Assembly (NCBI RefSeq): GCF_006345805.1
Contig: NC_043012.1
Span: forward strand, 2,604,001-2,668,000
DNA length: 64,000 nt
Direction: 5' to 3'
DNA from: Octopus sinensis
Lineage: Eukaryota
Shown here: piece by piece, positions 52,875-64,000 of the stretch
How positions within the stretch are numbered: position 1 is the first letter of the stretch
How the letters are laid out: each line of letters starts with the position of its first letter
The notes under the pieces: generated by a model
The model's input: the letters and a program-made list of their open reading frames with translations, nothing else
Told to the model about the DNA's origin: nothing
Database searches by the model: none
Program-made: the position numbers and the translations under genes

Positions 52875-54037
52875 GTAAGCTAATGAAACACTCAACAATT
52901 GTATAGTAATCTCCTTTTTTCACCCACTGTTTGCAGAGCGTCCCATGTTATTTATTACAATGAAATAAATTAGACCTTTGGGAGCTGCAACAAAAGAATG
53001 ACTAAGTCAAGAGAGTGTGATTAAATAAGCATAACATTTGACAGAACAATGTGAATGCTAAAGGGTTAAGATATTAACCTTATTTGAATATTTAACATAA
53101 ATGTTGTAAACCAAGAAATTTTAATTAAAATTTCACTTGTAATGATGAGAACAATCATTTTCTTAATAGCTAATTATAGTGGAAAAGGCAAAGAGAAAAA
53201 TCTCTGGATATTCAATTAATTAATATTTTGTCTGGAATTAAGGTAGCAAGCTGGCAAAATCATTAGAATGCTTAGCTTCATTTTGTCTACCTTTACGTTC
53301 TGAGTTCAAATTCTGCTGAGGTTAACTTTGCCTTTCAGCCTTTTGGGGTCAATAAAATAAGTACCAGTTGCGCACTGAGGTTGATGTAATGAACCCGCCT
53401 GTTCCCCCAAAGTTTCAGGCCTTGTGCCTATAGTAGAAAGGAATATTAAGTTTGGAATTTAGCAGAGAGTGAGTTTGATGTATGTTGACTGCTCTGTTTT
53501 GATCTCATAAATCCTCTTCAGCAGAACACAGTATAACCATGACTGGAGAAGTAAATATATAGGATTCTTATGAATGAATGATTGGTGTTATAGCTTTAGA
53601 AAAAATATGTCTGTGAAAAAAAAAGGGGGGGGGAATACCAAAGACCTTCAGTTTGAGTAACAGAATAAAAACTGTTAAACTGATTGACCTACTGTATTAA
53701 AATCCTATACTAAAAACCAAAGTTAATCTGAATATGTTATATTAATCCTTGAATCTGTATTTTCGATTTCTCACAAGTTTTCTGTTTGATATGAAAAAAA
53801 AAAATCATATGTGCACATTTACACACGCACACACGCACTTTCTTGCTAATTTATCTGTCATTTATTCTTGTATAACTTCTAATGTGGTCATTTGTTGAAG
53901 AATGAAAGCTTCCATGTCATTGTGATAGATAAGGGTTATTCTAATTTTGGTTTTCTATTCTCAATTTCATCAAATATGTTGGGCCTGCTGTATCTGAATT
54001 GTCTTCTCACATTAGACAGAAGATGTTTTATTAGTCA

Positions 54038-54656
54038 CTAGCAGTATTGCCCGGCTCAACGGGGATTTAAGGGGAGAGTTTCAGGGAGTCGCTGGCGATG
54101 TACCGTGATGATCAAAAATCCGGCCTGCTAAAATTTGGTTAAAGTGATTCAAAATGCAGACTCAACCCAAAATGGTCACATTTAATTCAAAGCATTAAAA
54201 ATGTTATGAAAACAATTGGTATGTGTTCACAAAATCCCAACGATTAATACGAAAAAACCCTCCAGGCTACATCCCGAAAATTCATTTCTTTGCCGAATTT
54301 CTACAACGTTTACGGCGATTCGTTTTTATATCGTGATTTTTTATTTTTCATGCAATTTACGCATGCTTGTACGCGTGGTGAACACAGTTCACGTCAAACA
54401 GCTGACTGAGTAAAGTTCACTATTCAATGCATGGGATAAGGCCTAAACAAACACATTATCAATTTTTGCACTTGCGAGATGAATTTCGGAACAGAAATAG
54501 CGCAGTTACATTTTCATTTGCCTAAACTTTAAGTGACCCATTTTTGGTGGTTCTATGATTTGTTGGCTAGGAGGAGATGTGCCGGGAAGTTAAACACACA
54601 GACACACACACACAGATACACACACAGACACACAAGTTGAGTTTTATATATATAGA
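54038..54656 (-). mobile_element. non-autonomous Helitron
   Basis: minus strand A|TCTATATATATAAAA ... hairpin CCCGTTGAGCCGGG, 8 nt, CTAG|T; no TSD; CpG-rich body. Confidence 0.85.
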
Positions 54657-55493
54657 TATCCTTCTTTGCTTTCTTATACCAATGTTTTTGTAAAGTGTCT
54701 TGTTTCTGTGAAATGCATTCAATGCTTTTGAATGATGTTATTTTTAATACATAAGCTCTCTTTCCCTCTCTCTATCTCTATCTGGATTCTTTCAAAGGTC
54801 TCTTTCATATTCTTCATTGCATCAAGAGATACCTAATCAACAAATACATTTATTTATCTTATTTTAATTCTGCATGGGTACAACAAATACCTTTATTTGC
54901 AATCAATAGGTTATTCATTGCCTGCATTTAGGGAAAGGAAATCCAAAAGAGTTGATATATACAAATATTATAAACTCTTTAATGTCAGCAGAGCAAATAT
55001 TTTGGTTGTTTGTTTCATATCAAAGCAATATAGTTTCTCTCTTTTATTTCGCTTTAAAACTATTTGATATGAACTGAGAGCAAAATCATCTTCTACAGGC
55101 ATCAGCAATTATTAATTGTATTAATGAATTTAATGAGGCCAAATGCAGTTTATTTATAATGTGCTTCCAGATGAAATGAAATAATTAAATCACATGGATT
55201 TTGGAAGAAGTAACAGAAAGAATCACTTTTCTTTTAAGAAGTCTTAGAAATGCTAAATGACTGTTACCATTTTTTAAAATTTGAGATTTACGATTTAACT
55301 GCTTATGATCAGTGGACTTAGGTTATGCAGGGTACATAGTGTGTAACAATATGCTGTTCATCTCAAATTCTAGTGGGTATCCTTCAGTTTTGAGGATTCT
55401 ATAGAAATGTTCTGATGAGATTAAACAATTCATTTTTGAAAGAATTTTTTGTTAAGAGAGTTAGGAAATTGAAATTTCTGATTCCTTTAATAG

Positions 55494-55503
55494 ATCTGCT
55501 GAG
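55494..55503 (+). CDS. candidate 10-nt microexon (phase 2 to 0)
   Basis: ttcctttaatag|atctgctgag|gtatga; would add (E)SAE after exon K. Confidence 0.25.
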
Positions 55504-56164
55504 GTATGATCTTTTCCACCTTATTCTTGGATTAAAAAAAAAATGTTTTACAAAATATTCTGTTTTTCTATGCAATTAATCATTTTCTATCTTGATTAGA
55601 TTTTGTCCCATTTTTGTTTATATGTATTTTTTTAGTGATTTTTTTTAAACAAAAACTTTTTTTAACAGTTGAAAATGAAATCAAACTCAGTATATATATA
55701 TATATATATATATCAAAATTGCATTAACAATGCTCACTGAAATTACATGTTTTTACCTTTTTTAATTTTCCCCTAAGAACACTAACTTTTTTTAAACATA
55801 TATTTACTCAAACTCATTAAACTGAGTGTTATATTTCATATATAAACTCTCATATGCTACATATATAACACTTTATAATTGATCTCTGTTTTATATTATT
55901 TTTATGGAAGAATAAACAATTTATTTTATGCTGCATGGTTATTTTAGTTACTGTCTTTTACCATCATGTGATGGAAAGTCTTTGATTCCAGCACTGAACA
56001 CACTTTATACACCAAAAACTGCATTTAAAAAAAAAATACTTCACCAGCAATACTTTCTCTCTTTCATTGTTCTTATTTGTGCTAGACACATTGTATTCAC
56101 TTCCTTGTGCAGAAAATGCATTGATACTAATCATGGTCATTTCTTTACATAGACCATAGAAACC

Positions 56165-56445
56165 CTCATGTCCGTCCGTCAGAGTGACGAAGACCATCTA
56201 AACATCCCTGTGGATGACTGATGACTTGCATGGTGACATTGTTTAAAGTGAAGAAGAGTTGTGCACCATCAACCTCATTCTCTTGTCCATGACCATCTTC
56301 TATCCAGTAGCAAGATGAGGTTTAGATGACTGGGGATGGAAACAGGTGAACTAAATGACCAAGACATCTTACTTGCCTTCCCCTCCATTGAACCATGACA
56401 GTTTCTCTTGCAAGGTCCACTGGATCCAGTGTTCACATGCATAGG
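56165..56445 (-). mobile_element. probable 5-prime end of an RTE-type LINE or RTE-derived SINE
   Basis: GC-richer block resembling (from memory, not aligned) RTE 5-prime UTR sequences. Confidence 0.4.
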
Positions 56446-58167
56446 TAGGCAAACCCTAATATGGTAATTAACCTATAGCAGGGACCTTGACAGATGCTAC
56501 TACTTCAGGTCAGAGTAGACCATGGAACAATGGTGGCTAGGAGGTGGTTCCATACTCTTCAAGACTCCTGAACCTGGGTCCTACTGCTAGATGCAGTTGA
56601 AATCATACTCAGGACATTATTGAACCTTAATGTAATGCTGCCATTGATGGCTGAACAAGATCATAAGTCTTTACCTGAGATCTTACCCAGCAGATTAACA
56701 TGTTTTCCCCTCTCACTTTCTTCATCATCATCATCATTTAACTCCGCTTTCCATGCTAGCATGGGTTGGACGATTTGACTGAGGTCTGGCAAACCAGACT
56801 CCAATCTGATCTGGCGAACCAGACTCCAATCTGATCTGGCAGAGTTTCTACAGCTGGGTGCTTTTACGTGCCACCACCCAGGGGGCCAGTTTGGTGGTAC
56901 TGGCAACAGCCACGATTTGACTATTTCAAGTTATTTCTTCCTACTATATTCCATGAACTTCTATCAACAGTTAATATCTCTGAATCCAACACACACACAC
57001 CCCCTTGATATTTCTTGAGTGTATTGCTAACCACTCTCTACTGATATCATTGTATCATATTTTTTCAGTGAACAAACTCTGTGGGTGTGTAGTGGGTATC
57101 ATAGAAAGGAGGAAATAATGTTGTCATAGTGTGTGTTGTGAATAATTTAGCCCTTTAGCATTTAAGCCAGCCATATCTTGTTTTATGCTCAAAACAACTA
57201 GATCTAGTTTCTCACACTTACCCTACAATGTCATTCCAAAACTAAACAATTGTATCATCAAAATCTCAAAGCTAGAAGATAATGCACTATTCTTTCAAAA
57301 CAGCCTGAATGAATAAACATAAGAATCTGATTGCTAAATGGTTAAATACGCAGGTAGTACTAACTATTTTACTTGAGTTAGTATACTAATTACCCCCAGC
57401 GGCAGTGACTGGGAAAAAGATATCTCTGCTACCATTGTCTTCTTCTCTTAAACTTAACTGCCTAGATACTGTATTCTGTTGTAATTTCAGTATTCTAATT
57501 TAGAACTGAGCTATTTTTACAAAACAGTTTTAGATCCACTGCTGGTATCATTTCATTTGTTTTTTAAACTACTATTATCAATGGAAATGGATGAATGTTG
57601 CTCCTTCACAATGATACTCTTATGTCTACATATGAAATACAAAATCATTTTATGACCAAAGTGAAAAAACGTAAGAAGTCAACTGCTTGAAGCAGTTCTT
57701 GAAATTAAGCAAGATTCTTGTTTTTAATCTTTTGAATCTAGTAAATTCTTGCAATTCTATGCAAACATTACTTGTAGTGGTTACTATATTTTCACAAATG
57801 TTTCCTAATTTAAATTTCAAACTGTGAGTCTTCCCACCTTCTTCTCCACAATGTTTAATAATTTCTTGTTCCATTTATTGCAGGAAATTTTTGATTGAAT
57901 TTTGGTTTTTCAATATTATTCTGATTCATTTTAGTTGATGTTATTTGTTTTTTTGTTTATCTCATCCATATCATTTAAAAAAAACAAAAAAAAAAAAAAA
58001 AAATAAAAGCGACTGTATTGTATTTGAATAATTTGACTTTAGAATTATCAATAGCTCCATAGTTATTTTCCAACAGAATTTGTCACATGTGAAACTTCTT
58101 GATTTCATTAGTTTAATGACTTCTAAAATGGTAACTCTTCTATTTTTGAAATGCTATTCTCTAGAAT

Positions 58168-58315
58168 TCTGTTGTGTCTGGGTAGAGTCATTTTCTTTTT
58201 GTGCCTTATAATTTAACACACTCACTGGTAAAATGACTCTCCCCAGACACAACAGAATATGCTTCAACACACAAACTCACATAAAGAATCTTGCAAACCA
58301 AATCCAAAAACGAAA
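58168..58315. mobile_element. collapsed DNA-transposon ends forming a hairpin, with a 13-bp flanking duplication
   Basis: TTCTGTTGTGTCTGGGTAGAGTCATTTT inverted with AAAATGACTCTCCCCAGACACAACAGAA; TATTCTCTAGAAT on both sides. Confidence 0.65.
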
Positions 58316-60546
58316 TATTCTCTAGAATGTTTTGTTTGTTTTCTTCAAGAAACACTGACAATTATTCATGGTTGTTGACTCATCTTCTGATGAAAAATTA
58401 TATTTGAAGAAAATAAGAACAGAACTGAGAGAACTTAGGTCTGTCATACATCTTAGGACTCTGAAGGTCAAAGCTTAACACAATTTCCATTTCCATGATG
58501 TATAAGTTACTGAGATGACATTTCCCTGCTGAATGGAATGCCAATCCATTGCAAGGTTAATTCTCCAGCTATTTCTGGAACTCATTTAACTAACTGGCTC
58601 TCTGTCTGTTACAATGAGGACAGTTCCAGTTGGTTCGATCACTGGAACAGCCAGCTCGTGAAATTAACATGCAAGTGGCTGAGCACTCCACAGACATGTA
58701 TACCCTTAACATTGTTTTCAGGGAGATTTATTATGACATAGAATGTGACAAGGCTGGCCCTTTGGCATACAGTTGCGACTCATTTTTGCCAGCTGAATGG
58801 ACTGGAGCAATGTAAAATAAAGGCCTTGCTCGAGGGAACAACTTGCTGCCAGGAATTGAACTCAAGACCTTACAATCATGAGCTGAATCTCCTAACTACT
58901 AAGCCACATGCCTTCATGCTGAAACTCATTTACATCTGAGTGGACTGGAGTAATGTGAAATGAAGTGTTTTGCTCAAGAGCACAATGTATCATCCAGTCA
59001 TGGAATCAAAACCATGCTCTTATGATTGAAAGTGCAACATGTTAACCACTGGATCATGTGGCCTCATTAAAAGGAAAGATTTTTAAAAAAATACAAAAAG
59101 GTTGATCTTTTTTTGGTACGTTCATAAAGAGTTTGGTAAGTTTAGTTGATGTGGTGAGTGTTTCCAGCCCTTGCCCTCTGCTTCTTTTACTATTAGATAA
59201 ATAGCAAGAGCCCTAACCCCATTACATCCTCCACTCCTCATGGCAATTGAACTTATTTCTTCAATGTGCCAAGTGTTGCCAACAAAGATCATCCTCAGTA
59301 TTCTTGGATTTGGTCTTTCCTATATAATTAGGCTTACTTAGCACAGCCATACATTGAAAACTTCCTCCCCACCGCCACATGTACCTGCACACATGTACAA
59401 ACATGTATCTACATGCAGACACATCTATGTGTATTTACACACATGCATGCTTGTATAGACATGTACATACACAAACACATGTACACACGTGGCAAAATTA
59501 AGAGATTTTATTTTAGGAAGTTATGAAGGGATTTGTAATCAACCAAGAGAAAATTATAGCCAGTTAACTGGTTTAGTTGTGTCGTTAATTAAATGTTGTA
59601 TTGGAAGTTTTAAATGATATAGTTTAGTGCAAGTAACCGGTATACCATGTTTGATTAAAGTGCTACTTACAGAACTTGAAATATTCTATTTACACATATT
59701 AATTAGCTGAAATTCGAAAATTCTCAAGCTTCTCTATTTGTGGATAAAATGTTTGCTGTAAACTCTATAGTCAAGAATCTATTGTATAAATGCATAAGTT
59801 ACAGATTTGATTTGTTGTTTAACTAAAAAAAATTCTCAGGTAAAGTGTGTTTTTTTAATCAATTTATGTACCAAGTTTTAAAGTGCAGGGGCTTAAGATC
59901 TCATAAATAATTAATTAATAAAAAGAAGTGGTAAGAAACTCTCAGCCTGACGGAAGCAAGCTTCCTCGGCAAGGTTCTCACCATAGAGGTTGGAGCCAAA
60001 GGTTTTGTGAGCAAATCTGCTTATGATCTATTGAAACCCCTGTCAATTTCTTGGAAGAACAAGACCACAGCCCTAAAGGAAATATCAGAGACAACAAAGA
60101 AATGTTCCAACTGGATCTGATTGATGTATCTACCTAGTTTTTAAATTATAGTGACATAAATTCTCATAAATAAATAATTAATCATTAAAAAGAAAATATT
60201 AGCCACCAAATTGCTTTTTGTTGGTAGGTTCTGTTTTATTTTGAAAGATTTTTAAACCATAGTAACTCCAGAACACATTATCCAGTGTACTTGAATTTTC
60301 CATCAAATGAAATTTGTTGCCAAGATTTGAAAATACAACTAGTTTCATACCTGCATTTTGGTGTGTTATAACCTATCATAATATCTTTTGGTGTCATTTA
60401 CTCAAAAGACAACTTTCAGAACTTGTTTGTTCTTGTTGATGTTTTCAGTTGTGTTTATTAATAGGTGTTTTCTTTAGATTTCCTGATTCTGTTGCCAAAT
60501 GAGTGGATTATTATTTATAAAACAGATTACCTATTTTATTTACCAG

Positions 60547-60795
60547 TCTCTGACTCCAGCAGACTTTCCCTTAATGCCACCCCCATCACCTTCATTTCTT
60601 CCAATTCATCATCTTCCATCTGTTCTGAAAAGGATCTCCTTATCTACCTTAACATCTATTGTACACACAGATAACACCTCAAATCCCCATTGTATTTCTT
60701 TTTGGATGTTTTCAGTGATTATTTCTCTGTTTTGTACTAATCTTTATATTTTGGTTCATCTTATCAAAATGCTAAACAAGTTTTCAGACTTTTAG
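60547..60795 (+). CDS. candidate phase-0 terminal exon with hydrophobic C-terminal segment
   Basis: ttttatttaccag| SLTPADFPLMPPPSPSFL...HCISFWMFSVIISLFCTNLYILVHLIKMLNKFSDF*; unique sequence, 82 open codons. Confidence 0.25.
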   Translation, partial: SLTPADFPLMPPPSPSFLPIHHLPSVLKRISLSTLTSIVHTDNTSNPHCISFWMFSVIISLFCTNLYILVHLIKMLNKFSDF

Positions 60796-61849
60796 TAAAC
60801 CATTTTTTTTTTATTAATGTGCGCGTGTGTGTGTGTGTGTATTTTGACTGAACAAGTTGAAGATTGTAGCATTTTTTATTTTTTGTTTTTACTACATTGT
60901 AACCAAGGGTATAATCATGTTTACTAAACTTACGTAAGTTAGTAATTTATACTCTAAACCCAGTATTGAATACTCTTATGTTTGTTGCAACTAATGATTT
61001 ATATGTATGTGTGTGTGTGTGTGTATGTATGTTATTATGGTTGTTGTTTTGATAAATAAGTCAACATTCTAATATCCTAAAGCTGATAAACCAACTATGC
61101 AGGGTGATACAGTATCCCATCTTTGTCTTTATTTATTGTATCACCTTAAATATTTTGCCTACCTTCTCACCTGCATTATTTAAAAGTCTTCTCAAAAATT
61201 TCTTGTCATTTACAAGCTTTTACATTTTACAATCTTGTTCAAAGAATGCAAAACGCTAGTCCCAAGTTTAAAATCGATGTCTACAAGAACAGTCTTAGAG
61301 CATTCTGATTCAATATGCCAGTTTTGTTACTCAGTGTGCTACAATGATTCTGCCTTAGGAGTACTCAACCATTAGTATGCTAATTTAATGAGTTGGTGGT
61401 TTAGATGAGCAAACAACTGCAACAGTCATCATCAAAACCAATGGAAGACACAGTAATATATATTTTATATTTATACTGAGAAAAAGCTATTGGTTCAGGT
61501 GTGGCAGTGTGGTTAAGAAGTTTGCTTCCCAATCATGCGATTTTAGGTTCAATCCCACAGCATGGCATTTTGGGACAGTATCATCATTTATAGCCTTGAG
61601 TTGATAAAAGTCTTGAGAGCAGATTTGGTTGGCAGAAACTAAAAGAAACCCATCATATATGTATATATACATATGTGTATTTTTTAAAAAATTGCTGAGC
61701 TGCAAATGATGATATTGTTGTCATAATCCTGCCAACAAATCATCTGCTGTCTTTGCACCTTCACTGATATGTACAATTAGGAACTTTTTAGTTAGAAAGG
61801 GGAAGGGCATCTGGCTGTAAAATAATGCCTTAGAAATATAGACTAGAGA

Positions 61850-62492
61850 CCGAGACCTCTGGAAGTGTGCTGTGCGCGAGAAGACCCGGCAGGACAAGTG
61901 AGTCCACAACCCGTGGCCTTCTACATGGGATGGAGCCAGCCTACGTATGCATACCTTCCCTTCTTGGGACACAAAACTCTACTTGTGAAGACGTGTTGAG
62001 GCAAGTGAGGATCAGAATCGAAATCGATCAATGGAAATTGCGGATGTGCTACCAGTGCCGGTGGCATGTCGAAACTCTGCTTGTGAAGACCCATTGAGGC
62101 AAGTGAGGATCAGAATCGAAATCGATCAATGGAAATTGCAGATGTGTTACCAGTGCCGGTGGCATGTAAGAGAACTTTCCGTTTCGCGACCGTTGCCAGC
62201 ACCGCCCCGTTGCCAGCCTCGCCTGGCCCTCGTGCCGGTGGCACATAAAAAGCACCATCCGTTCGTGGCCGTTTGCCAGCTCTGTCTGGCACCAGTGCGG
62301 GTGGCACGTAAAAAGCACCCACTACACTCACGGAGTGGTTGGCGTTAGGAAGGGCATCCAGCCGTAGAAACACTGCCAGATTTGACTGGGCCTGATGAAG
62401 CCTTCTGGCTTCACAGACCCCAGTAGAACCGTCCAACCCATGCTAGCATGGAAAGCGGACGCTAAATGATGATGATGATGATGATGATGATG
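61850..62492 (+). mobile_element. retroelement 3-prime end with modular internal repeats and (GAT)n tail (family D)
   Basis: repeated gccggtggcacgtaaaaagcacc modules, tandem duplication of about 98 bp (61974-62168), palindrome CCATGCTAGCATGG before the tail; other copies at about 9540-9745(+), 13675-13980(-), 21163-21518(-), 22237-22460(-), 25365-25745(+), 28735-29195(+) and 56720-56915(-). Confidence 0.85.
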
Positions 62493-62557
62493 TCTAACCC
62501 AAAGCCAGCAGGGAAAAACACATAAAAACAAAAATTTATCTTCATTGCAGCTCATGC

Positions 62558-62965
62558 TCTTTTACTCTTTTACTTGTTTCAGTCATTTGACTGTGGCCAT
62601 GCTGGAGCACCGCCTTTAGTTGAGCAAATCAACCCCAGGACTTATTCTTTGGAAGCTTAGTACTTATTCTATTGGTCTCTTTTGCCGAACTGCTAAGTTA
62701 CAGGGATGTAAACACACCACCATCGGTTGTCAAGCGATGTTGGGGGGACAAACACACACACACATACATATACATATATGACAGGCTTCTTTCAGTTTCC
62801 GTCTACCAAATCGACTCACAAGGCATCGGTCAACCCGAGGCTATAGTAGAAGACACTTGCCCAAGGTGCCACACAGTGAGAATGAACCCAGAACCATGTG
62901 GTTGGTAAGCAAGCTGCTTAGCACACAGCCACTCCTGCACCTATACTTACCACACAGCCACTCCA
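62558..62965 (-). mobile_element. SINE family A
   Basis: reverse complement, full length, with a short duplication of the head end. Confidence 0.9.
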
Positions 62966-64000
62966 ACTTGATTTTTTGGGGGTCTTTTTAGTGTCAAATG
63001 TAGTTCTTGTTATGATCTTACACATTCTTACATTTTAATCTCTTTTCTATTTTATTTTTAACATGGCACTTATTACTGATGTTTCTTTTCCTTTCATGTT
63101 TCCATTCTTCAAAAAATTCTCATTCCAACAGTTGATGACTAAATATATTTCAGTAACAAAAGTTCTTCGTTTGTTCCCATATCAGGCTAACCAGGTAGCA
63201 TGCCACACCTGATACTTTTCACTGTCTACTTTGGTACTTCACTCTTTTGATTTCTTATCCCACTAGGCTTTTAACATTATCTTTTCTCTTCCTCTGGGGT
63301 TCACTGCTACATGGAAATAGTTCCATGTCTTGAACTACTTTGTTAGTAGTCTGTTTTTTAGTGTTTTATATTGCTCCACTTCTGTACAAAATCTTTTGAT
63401 TCTATTTTTATTTCACACATAACGAGAGACATTATTTACTGCATTATAGTGCTAACCTTTTTATACTGCCATCATTCAATTATTTTTTTTTATTTTGATA
63501 CTTCTACACATCTATCATCCAATACTTTATAATTATAGCATCCTACCATTTTATATACTTTATAATCCTACCATGCTACTATGCAACATTTTATAGTTTT
63601 ACCATTCATGTATATTTCTAACCATTCAATATAATGCTACAAAGCTAAATGTTAAAGTGGGAAATTTTGTACTCCCAGTTACTTAAACAACGCAGAAACT
63701 GAGATAAACTTACTGATATCTATTTGAGATTTTAAATAAAAATAATATTTATTCTTTTCATAAACAAAAATGTTGTTGTTACTATGAACAATAAACCACC
63801 AAGACAGTTTGAAGATTATTGTCCTTGGATTGGTGTGAGTCTTCATGTTACTGTTTGTCTATTGTGGTTAGCTGCTGGTTGTACTACTGTCTTCTGATGT
63901 CCCATGTTTGCCATCTGTTCATTGTTTTTGCATTGATCCAGCACTTGGATCAGCTGTTGTCAGTGCAGTTGGCTGCACTGAAGATACAGTGATGGTTTGG

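Noticed and set aside
63186-63194. 9-nt segment cag|gctaaccag|gtagca
   Set aside because: Poor donor consensus; such short matches are expected by chance.

Overview
AT-rich, microsatellite- and SINE-dense eukaryotic DNA. The repeat complement looks like an octopus genome (inference from the SINE families). The + strand carries the middle of a MICAL-family gene (MICAL3-like F-actin methionine monooxygenase). Eleven well-supported GT-AG exons from 1955 to 28142 join in phase and encode the end of the monooxygenase domain, the CH domain, a linker, the LIM domain and the TPER.E.EN...HNL...SSDSE segment. A probable 12th exon lies at 31336-31380. No recognisable C-terminal coiled-coil/bMERB exon occurs in the remaining 33 kb. 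That region instead holds many acceptor-like sites followed by short, often hydrophobic frames compatible with the phase-2 donor at 28142, possibly an array of alternative exons (hypothesis). The introns hold tRNA-derived SINEs, LINE fragments (RTE, RLE/Dong-like, Penelope-like), piggyBac-, Tc1/mariner- and hAT-type MITEs, a Helitron, a Helentron-like element and minisatellites. Two minimal hammerhead-ribozyme motifs are present, one on a tRNA-headed SINE-like element. Most ORFs in the supplied track are microsatellite or SINE artefacts. Repeat boundaries are approximate unless a TSD or TIR is quoted.
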